The notes beneath the pieces are model-generated. The model saw only the letters and a list, made by a program, of their open reading frames with translations, had not been told where the DNA came from and made no database searches. The position numbers were made by a program, and so were the translations under genes. Shown piece after piece: positions 25,766 through 32,593 of a stretch of DNA of 32,593 nucleotides. The stretch lies in NCBI GenBank assembly GCA_964506785.1, contig CAZDME010000009.1:1-32593 (forward strand), written 5' to 3'. Each line of letters begins with the position of its first letter. Within the stretch, counting starts at the first letter, position 1. Source of the DNA: an uncultured bacterium (GTDB lineage Bacteria > CAZDME01 > JAYEMH01).

Positions 25766-25810
25766 AATAAGAAAGAGGCCTTCTAAATGTATCAGAGCAA
25801 TATAGGTAGT

Positions 25811-25839
25811 ATTAAAACATATATACAGCTTTGTGTCAA
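25811..25839 (-). promoter_or_regulatory. Sigma70-type promoter of the thi4-DUF39-NIL/Fer unit
   Basis: TTGACA (25839-25834), 17 nt, TTTAAT (25816-25811) with TGn. Confidence 0.65.
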
Positions 25840-25950
25840 GAAATTTAAAGGCAACCGGCTTTAAACCTATGAGCGCAAAGAGAAAAGAGACATCGACACT
25901 TGGTTTGTTAAAAAATAAATTCTAATGAGGAGAAAATGCGGAAGGGGTTA

Positions 25951-27675
25951 TTATCGTTTGAATTTCTTCTCTAATTCTTTCCAGGTAAGTTTGATGGCCG
26001 TGGGGCGGCCGTGGGGACAATTAAAGGGCTGTTCGGCCTTTTTCCAATCTTGGATTAAAGCGGTCATCTCCTTTTGGCTTAATTTATCCCCCCAGCGGAC
26101 GGCCGAATGGCAGGCAATAAGCTGGTAAATCTTCTCCTCGGGGAAAGAAACAGACATATTTTTGAACTCATCCAAAAGATCATAAACCAGGGGCTTGGGA
26201 TCAGCTTTTTTAAAGATTGCCGGCAGGGCGCGGATGATAAAAGTCTGGCCGCCAAAAGGCTCGATTTCAAAACCCAAATTTCCCAAAGAAGGGATAACCT
26301 TCTTTAAAAGAACCGCTTCCTCAGTTGACACCTCCATTTTAACCGGGATAAGAAGACTTTGCACCGAGAGGCTCTTTTTCTCTTTAAGCCGGTCAAAAAG
26401 AATGCGTTCGTGGGCGGCATGCTGGTCAATGATAAAAAGGGCCTCTTCATCATGATAAATAATGAAACTTTTTTTAATCTGAAGACAAGTGCCGACGGGT
26501 AAATCATCCGAAGAAGGCAAAGCCGGGGCTAATTCCTCTTTAACCAGATACTGGTTAATGGCCTCTTTAATCCCCTCTTCTCTATGGTGAGTTTTTTTCT
26601 CTCCATAGGAGGTCTCCGAGGGGAAAAATGCTTCAGCTTCTTTTCCCTTTTCTTCTTCGGTGACAACAATCCGGGGGATGGGTTCTGATTCTTTCAAGAT
26701 TTTTCTGGTTATTTCGCCAAGTAAATCGTGAATTAAACGGCTGTTTTTAAAACGGGCCTCCCTTTTGGTGGGATGGATATTGACATCGACTTCGCCCGGA
26801 GGAACCTCCAGAAAAATTATCGCCGCCGGCATCCGGCGGGGCTCAAGAAAGGTATGATAGCCCTGGATAAGGCCGTGAGATAACGAAGGCGAGGCAATCC
26901 ATCTTTTATTTACATAGAAGAAAAGATAATTGCGGTCGAGGCGGCTGTAAGCGGGCTTGGCGATAAAACCGGAAATTGAAACCCTGGGATTTTGAAATTT
27001 TAGAGGAATGAGCTCGCCGGCTAAATCCTTACCTAAAAGCTGGCCGATTCTCCGGGTGAGATTACCGGTTTTTAAAGCTTTAATAATCTCCTTTTTATTC
27101 TGCCGGAGAGAAAAGGAAATCTCCGGATGAGATAAGGCCTCCCGGGTGAAAATCTGATGGATATGGGAAAGCTCGGTCGTATCGGCCTTTAAGAATTTGC
27201 GGCGGGCGGGAAGGTTATAAAAAAGATTTTTTACCTCGACCGTCGTCCCCTGGGGAAAACCTAGTTTTTTGAAGGATATTTTTTTCCCGCCGTGAATATT
27301 CAATTCTGACCCCAGGGTTTCGCCCTTTGGGGCGCTGGTCAGTTTGAATTGGGAAACGGCCGAGATACTGGCTAAAGCCTCTCCGCGAAAGCCCAGGGTA
27401 GAAATATTTTCTATATCCTCAAAGAAAACAATTTTACTGGTGGCGTGCCTTTGACCAATAAGTTTTAGGTCATCCGGATTAATGCCCAGGCCGTTATCAG
27501 AAAGACGAATAAGGGTTTTGCCTCCCCCTTCTATCTCTACCTTAATATCAGAACTTCGGGCATCGATGGAATTTTCTATCAGCTCTTTTACCACCGAAGC
27601 GGGACGCTCCACAATCTCTCCGGCGGCAATGCGGCTGGCAACTTTGTCGGGCAGGATTTTAATATTATTCATCAT
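25951..27675 (-). CDS. mutL: DNA mismatch repair endonuclease MutL
   Basis: IAAGEIVERPASVVKELIENSIDA, GFRGEAL, DVNIHPTK; endonuclease motifs DQHAAHE, ACH, CPHGRP; clamp motif QSLLIP. Confidence 0.98.
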   Translation of the reverse strand: MMNNIKILPDKVASRIAAGEIVERPASVVKELIENSIDARSSDIKVEIEGGGKTLIRLSDNGLGINPDDLKLIGQRHATSKIVFFEDIENISTLGFRGEALASISAVSQFKLTSAPKGETLGSELNIHGGKKISFKKLGFPQGTTVEVKNLFYNLPARRKFLKADTTELSHIHQIFTREALSHPEISFSLRQNKKEIIKALKTGNLTRRIGQLLGKDLAGELIPLKFQNPRVSISGFIAKPAYSRLDRNYLFFYVNKRWIASPSLSHGLIQGYHTFLEPRRMPAAIIFLEVPPGEVDVNIHPTKREARFKNSRLIHDLLGEITRKILKESEPIPRIVVTEEEKGKEAEAFFPSETSYGEKKTHHREEGIKEAINQYLVKEELAPALPSSDDLPVGTCLQIKKSFIIYHDEEALFIIDQHAAHERILFDRLKEKKSLSVQSLLIPVKMEVSTEEAVLLKKVIPSLGNLGFEIEPFGGQTFIIRALPAIFKKADPKPLVYDLLDEFKNMSVSFPEEKIYQLIACHSAVRWGDKLSQKEMTALIQDWKKAEQPFNCPHGRPTAIKLTWKELEKKFKR

Positions 27676-27686
27676 TCACTCCTCTT

Positions 27687-27740
27687 AAGAAATCAGATGA
27701 CAGATGTCAGAAAAATCTGTTTTCTGTCATCCGTCTTCTT
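27687..27740. repeat. 7-nt-period inverted micro-array between mutS and mutL
   Basis: AAGA/CAGA at 27687, 27694, 27701, 27708; TCTG/TCCG/TCTT at 27716, 27723, 27730, 27737; overlaps the mutS stop codon. Confidence 0.85.
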
Positions 27741-30351
27741 TTCTACATTTCTTCTGCCACTCGATTATTTTGTTCAAGGCCTCAATAGGGGTCATCTTCT
27801 CAAGGTCCAAGCTCTTTATCTCCCCGACCAAGGGATGCTCCCCGGCACTTTCGAAAAGACCCAGCTGGGATTCCCCCTGGGCCTCGGCAGAGTCGGCTAA
27901 TTTGGGCAGGCCGGAGCTGTCGACACTATTAATTTCCAAAGTATTTAAAACCTCTTTGGCCCTTTCGACGACCATTTTAGGCAGCCCGGCCAGGCGGGCC
28001 ACATGAATGCCGTAGCTATGGTCAATACTTCCGGCAACTACTTTATAAAGAAAAATGACTTCATCATTCCATTCCCTGACGGCTACATTAAAATTTTTCA
28101 CCCGCTTCAAGGTTAAACTTAACTCCGTCAATTCATGGTAATGAGTGGCAAATAAAGTCAAAGGTTTTTTATCCTCCAGGCGGTGAAGATACTCAACCAC
28201 CGCCCAGGCAATGCTTAAACCGTCAAAGGTGCTGGTGCCCCGGCCGATTTCATCGAGAATGACCAGGCTCCTTTCAGTAAGGTTATTCAAGACATTGGCC
28301 GTCTGGCACATCTCGACCATAAAGGTGCTCATTCCCCGGGCGAGATTATCCGAAGTGCCAATGCGGGTAAGAATCCTGTCGACCAGGCCGATTCTGGCTT
28401 TTTTAGCCGGGATAAAGGTGCCCATCTGGGCCATTAATACCAAAAGGGCAACCTGCCTGATGTAGGTCGACTTTCCGGCCATATTGGGTCCGGTAATAAT
28501 CAAAATCTGATTCTCTTCCTGATCGAGTAAAATAGGATTGGGAACAAACTTGTTACTACCCAGTAAATCTTCCAGAACCGGGTGGCGGCCTTCTTCGATA
28601 TTAATGGCATTACCTTCATCCAATTCCGGACGGGTATAATTTTTCGAAAGACTAACACCGGCCAAATCGGCCAAAACATCCAGATGGGCGAACTTCCCGG
28701 CTAAACCCTGAATAGAAGAAACCTCACTGGCTAAACTTTCTCTTATCCGGGTGAAAAGGGTATATTCCAATTCTAAAATCCTCTCCTCCGCCCCTAAAAT
28801 CTTTACTTCATGCTCCTTAAGAGCCGGGGTGATAAACCTTTCGGCATTAACCAGGGTTTGCTTTCTAACATAATCAGGAGGAACCAGGGAAAGATTGGCC
28901 TTGGTTACCTCGATATAATAGCCGAAAACCCTATTATACCTAACCTTGAGCGAATTTATACCGGTGCGTTTGATTTCCTCCTTCTGGAGATTTACTATCC
29001 AATCTTTTCCGCTTCGGGTGATGCTTCTTAATTCATCAAGCTCCTGGTTATACCCCTCTTTTATCAAACCGCCGTCCCGCAGGGAAAGGGGCGGCTCATC
29101 AACAATAGCTTCATCGATTAAATCGGTAATCCGGGAAAGCGGGAAAAGGGCCCGGTCAATCTCTTTTAAAATTTTCGCCCGGGAGTGAGCAAGCATCTTT
29201 TTAAATGCGGGAATGCGTTTTAAGGTATTGCCTAAATTCAGGAGGTCGCGGGCATTGGCCGTGCCCAGGGAAATGCGGGCAATAAGACGCTCCAAATCGC
29301 CGATTCCTTTCAAGGTCTCAATTAACCCTTCACGGAGTTTATCATCCTCGACTAAATTCTCTATCCCGTCCTGCCGCTTTGTAATTTCTTCAAGATTCAA
29401 TAAAGGCTGTTCAATCCAGTTTACCAGAAGCCGGCCGCCCATGGCCGTCTGGGTGTTATCCAAAATAGATAAAAGGGTGCCGAATTTTTCCCCGGATAAA
29501 TTACGGGTTAATTCCAAGCTCCGACGGGAATCAATATCAACGGCCAGGAAATCCCGGGGCGAATAAAGGGAAAGGCGGGTAAGATGCAAAAGCTCCGTTT
29601 TCTGAAGCTCCTGAAGATAGCTGAGTAGCCCTCCGGCGGCAGCTATGCCCAATTTACATTCTTCGATGCCAAATCCGGCCAAGCTCCCGGTTTTAAAATG
29701 GGATAATAAGGTCTCATAGGCAGTTTCGTATAAAAATGACCATTCCTGATAAGGGGTAATGAGGCAACTGTTCCATTTCTTTATTCTTTCAATGGCCTCC
29801 AGAGAGAGAAGATTCTCGGGAATGAGGACTTCGCTGGGATTGATTCTTTCCAGTTCATCCAGGGAATTTTCCAGATTGCCGAATTCGGCAATTTTGAATT
29901 CGCCGGTAGAAAGGTCAACCAGAGAAAGGCCGGCTTTATCTTCGGAGATAACCAGAGAGATAATAAAGTTATTTACTTTCTCCTCGAGAAGATTCGGCTC
30001 GGTTAAACTGCCCGGGGTAATCACCCGGATAATCTCGCGCTTGACAATCCCTTTGGCCAGTTTAGGATCCTCTACCTGATCGCAAATAGCCACTTTAAAA
30101 CCGCCTTTAATCAGACGGGCAATGTAGGAATCAACAGCGTGATAAGGGACGCCGCACATAGGCACCCGCCGGCCTTTACCGCCCTGACGGGCAGTCAGGG
30201 TTATATCTAAAGCCTTCGAGGCTATTTTGGCATCTTCAAAAAACATCTCGTAAAAATCACCCAGACGGAAAAGAAGAAGGGCCTGAGGATAATCATTTTT
30301 TATCTTCAGGTATTGGTTCATCATTGGGGTAAGATTGAGTTTATCGGTCAT
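27727..30351 (-). CDS. mutS: DNA mismatch repair protein MutS
   Basis: TPMMNQY, FRLGDFYEMF, TGPNMAGKSTY, STFMVEM, DEIGRGTS, ATHYHEL, SYGIHVA; C-terminal clamp motif QLGLF. Confidence 0.99.
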   Translation of the reverse strand: MTDKLNLTPMMNQYLKIKNDYPQALLLFRLGDFYEMFFEDAKIASKALDITLTARQGGKGRRVPMCGVPYHAVDSYIARLIKGGFKVAICDQVEDPKLAKGIVKREIIRVITPGSLTEPNLLEEKVNNFIISLVISEDKAGLSLVDLSTGEFKIAEFGNLENSLDELERINPSEVLIPENLLSLEAIERIKKWNSCLITPYQEWSFLYETAYETLLSHFKTGSLAGFGIEECKLGIAAAGGLLSYLQELQKTELLHLTRLSLYSPRDFLAVDIDSRRSLELTRNLSGEKFGTLLSILDNTQTAMGGRLLVNWIEQPLLNLEEITKRQDGIENLVEDDKLREGLIETLKGIGDLERLIARISLGTANARDLLNLGNTLKRIPAFKKMLAHSRAKILKEIDRALFPLSRITDLIDEAIVDEPPLSLRDGGLIKEGYNQELDELRSITRSGKDWIVNLQKEEIKRTGINSLKVRYNRVFGYYIEVTKANLSLVPPDYVRKQTLVNAERFITPALKEHEVKILGAEERILELEYTLFTRIRESLASEVSSIQGLAGKFAHLDVLADLAGVSLSKNYTRPELDEGNAINIEEGRHPVLEDLLGSNKFVPNPILLDQEENQILIITGPNMAGKSTYIRQVALLVLMAQMGTFIPAKKARIGLVDRILTRIGTSDNLARGMSTFMVEMCQTANVLNNLTERSLVILDEIGRGTSTFDGLSIAWAVVEYLHRLEDKKPLTLFATHYHELTELSLTLKRVKNFNVAVREWNDEVIFLYKVVAGSIDHSYGIHVARLAGLPKMVVERAKEVLNTLEINSVDSSGLPKLADSAEAQGESQLGLFESAGEHPLVGEIKSLDLEKMTPIEALNKIIEWQKKCRKEDG

Positions 30352-31361
30352 TTTCCCGAAACCACCATCCCCGGAAGGTTTTCTTGGGTCTCTATCTTCT
30401 CAACCATCACACCTGCCGCTTCTTCATCAGGGAAATCGCCAATCCTTACCCGGTAAAAAGTAACCCCGTCTTTTTCGGCCGAGACCAAATAAACCTGATA
30501 GCCTTTTCGGCGAAGCCGGGCAACTAATCTCTCGGCCCTCTTCTTCGTACTAAAAGCACCCACCTGGACGGCATAAGTCTTTCCCTGATAATTTTCAGGA
30601 GAGAAAATATCTTTTCCTTTTTTTTTCTCTAAATCCAGGCTCTGAGGAAATTCCTCCTTTAATCTGTCCAAGATTTTTTTGCTTTTATCCCGCTCCCCTT
30701 TTTCCAGATAAACCTCAGACAAACTCTGATAGATACCGGCTTTATTCTCCCATCGGGGATAATCTTTGAGAAGTGATTCCAATTCTTTCTCGGCCTGGTC
30801 GATTTTCCCCCTATTAAGATAGGCAGAAGCTAAATTAAAACGGGCCTGCGGGATGAGACGGCTCCGGGGATATAGACTAATAAATTCTTCAAAGGAATCA
30901 ATGGCTTTATTGAATCGTTTTTCTTCGTAATCACAGGAGCCAATGGATAAAAAAGCCGTTTCGGCCTCTTCGCCTTGAGGAAAAAGCTTTAAATATTTCT
31001 GCCAGGCGAGTTTGGCCTGACGGAAATTTCCGAAGGTAAAATAATGCCGGGCAATGCGCCCCTGAGAGAGGCAAGCAAACCCTGACTGGGGATAATCTTT
31101 GATAATCCTTTCGTATTGCTTCAACGCCCGGTAAGAATCGGATTCGGATTCCGCTAAAAAGAATTTTACCTCCGGGAGATAATCACTGTCAGGATATTGC
31201 TTGATAAAGGATTGAGCGGATTTTCTGCCCGTCTCTATTTTGTTTTCCTTAACCAGCTTCTTAAAGTTTCGATAGGAATCATCTTCAGCGGGAATAGAAG
31301 CCCAAAGTGATAGATTAAATAAAAATACCAAAAAAAGTAATAAAAAAATTCGCTTAATCAA
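30348..31361 (-). CDS. Secreted TPR-repeat (BamD/CpoB-like) protein with C-terminal SPOR domain
   Basis: Signal peptide, repeated ...YP.S TPR units, SPOR YAVQVGAFS...YRVRIG. Confidence 0.88.
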   Translation of the reverse strand: MIKRIFLLLFLVFLFNLSLWASIPAEDDSYRNFKKLVKENKIETGRKSAQSFIKQYPDSDYLPEVKFFLAESESDSYRALKQYERIIKDYPQSGFACLSQGRIARHYFTFGNFRQAKLAWQKYLKLFPQGEEAETAFLSIGSCDYEEKRFNKAIDSFEEFISLYPRSRLIPQARFNLASAYLNRGKIDQAEKELESLLKDYPRWENKAGIYQSLSEVYLEKGERDKSKKILDRLKEEFPQSLDLEKKKGKDIFSPENYQGKTYAVQVGAFSTKKRAERLVARLRRKGYQVYLVSAEKDGVTFYRVRIGDFPDEEAAGVMVEKIETQENLPGMVVSGK

Positions 31362-32593
31362 TCTCTTTACCTAATAACCGCCAGGAACCGGTTTCTTCAA
31401 TTAAAACATCTATGATTTTACCCAGGGGCTTTGATTTCGATTTGAAAATAACGATTTTATTGCCCCGGGTTCTTCCGATAAACCTGGTTTTATCCCCGGC
31501 ACTTATTCTCTCAACCAAAACCTCAAGCGTTTGCCCCTTTAACCCTTTGTTTTTCTCAAAAGCAATCTTTTCCTGAATCTCCAGGGTTTCAGCCAGCCTT
31601 TTTTCTTTTTCTTCTTGCGAGATATTATCTTTTAGCTTCTCCGCCCGGGTCCCTTCACGGGGTGAGTATTTGAAAATAAAGGCGTTGTCGAATTCAACTT
31701 CTCTTATTAAGTCTTTAGTCAAGCGGAAGTCTTTTTCGGACTCTCCCGGAAAGCCAAGGAGGATATCTGAGGTGATAGAGGCTTCAGGAACTATTTTACG
31801 AATCTTTTCAATAATTTCAAGATAATTATTTCGGCCATAGCCCCGCCTCATCGCTTTGAGAACCCTATCGGAGCCGGATTGCACCGGAAGATGGAAATGT
31901 TCCGAGACTTTAGAAAGATTAGCCACCGCCTCAATTAATCTTTCACTTACATCCCGGGGATGGGCGGTAAAAAAGCGGATACGTTCGATACCGGAGACTT
32001 TATTTAATTCTTCCAATAAATCAACAAAATCGATATCACCTAAATCCTTGCCGTAGGAAAGAACATTCTGCCCCAAAAGGGTAATTTCTTTAACTCCCCC
32101 TTCGGCTAAAGCCGTGACTGTCTCTAAGATTTCTTTCTGCGGGCGGCTTTTTTCCCGGCCGCGGACATAAGGGACAATACAGAAACTGCAAAAATTGTTG
32201 CAGCCGCGGATTACGGAAACCCAGGCCTGATAAGGAGTACCTCTTTTTGCCAGGGATTCAGAGATAAAAGGCTCACGGCCATTATCAAGTGCGACTACCC
32301 TATCCAAAGGATTCCTTAAGGATTTAATAATCCGGGGGAGTTGATAAAAAGAATGGGGGCCGACAACCATATTTACATGAGGCGCCCGGCGGAAAATATT
32401 TTCTTTTTCCCTGGCACTCATACAGCCAGAAACGCCAATTAAAAGAGAAGGATTCCTATCCTTTATCTTTTTTAATTCCCAGACCTGCCCGTAGGCTCGG
32501 TCTTCGGCATGTTTTCTAACAGAACAGGTATTAACCAGGGCAATATCAGCCAAAGCCGGCTTATCAACCAGCTTAAAGCCTTCTTTCTCTAAC
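31354..32593 (-). CDS. miaB: tRNA-2-methylthio-N6-dimethylallyladenosine synthase (5'-truncated by the window edge)
   Basis: NTCSVR, GCMS, radical-SAM CNNFCSFCIVPYVRG, LLGQNV, HLPVQSGS, FKYSPREGT, TRAM domain GRT; frame stays open to the window end. Confidence 0.95.
   Translation of the reverse strand, partial: LEKEGFKLVDKPALADIALVNTCSVRKHAEDRAYGQVWELKKIKDRNPSLLIGVSGCMSAREKENIFRRAPHVNMVVGPHSFYQLPRIIKSLRNPLDRVVALDNGREPFISESLAKRGTPYQAWVSVIRGCNNFCSFCIVPYVRGREKSRPQKEILETVTALAEGGVKEITLLGQNVLSYGKDLGDIDFVDLLEELNKVSGIERIRFFTAHPRDVSERLIEAVANLSKVSEHFHLPVQSGSDRVLKAMRRGYGRNNYLEIIEKIRKIVPEASITSDILLGFPGESEKDFRLTKDLIREVEFDNAFIFKYSPREGTRAEKLKDNISQEEKEKRLAETLEIQEKIAFEKNKGLKGQTLEVLVERISAGDKTRFIGRTRGNKIVIFKSKSKPLGKIIDVLIEETGSWRLLGKEID

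Noticed and set aside
729-32056. Plus-strand ORFs and short alternative-frame minus ORFs in the ORF track
   Set aside because: They lie antisense to or inside well-supported genes and show no recognisable motifs; treated as shadow ORFs
1-32593. tRNA, rRNA, IS/integrase, prepilin peptidase pilD, carAB, miaA
   Set aside because: None recognised in the window; intergenic gaps are short and accounted for, so pilD, carAB and miaA are presumably elsewhere in the genome

Overview
A 32.6-kb bacterial chromosomal segment with all credible genes on the minus strand. In transcription order (right to left): 5'-truncated miaB, a secreted TPR-SPOR protein, mutS and mutL; a sulfide-type thiamine/homocysteine unit (His-type thi4, DUF39 sulfurtransferase, NIL-ferredoxin); a type IVa pilus locus (membrane HAMP/degenerate-GGDEF protein, pilT, a stand-alone PilB N-terminal domain, pilB, pilC, five tandem pilins with their own promoter and terminator, pilMNOPQ) followed by an RNase E/G and a Wzy_C/TPR ligase; and a pyr operon (pyrR-B-C-flavodoxin-K-D-F-E). 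The secretin implies a diderm host, and the sulfide-dependent enzymes suggest an anaerobe (inference). Main observations: (1) all five pilins have exactly three Cys plus a C-terminal His, suggesting a metal-binding rather than disulfide-bonded pilus; (2) the PyrR hairpin sequesters the RBS of an unannotated 27-aa leader ORF that reads through the attenuator terminator; (3) 7/8-nt-period, mostly inverted micro-arrays with locus-specific unit sequences sit at several gene junctions, and one is an in-frame 35+7-bp insertion in a prepilin leader; (4) the c-di-GMP-type parts of the pilus locus (GGDEF, MshEN) are all degenerate. All calls come from reading motifs by eye; no searches were run.
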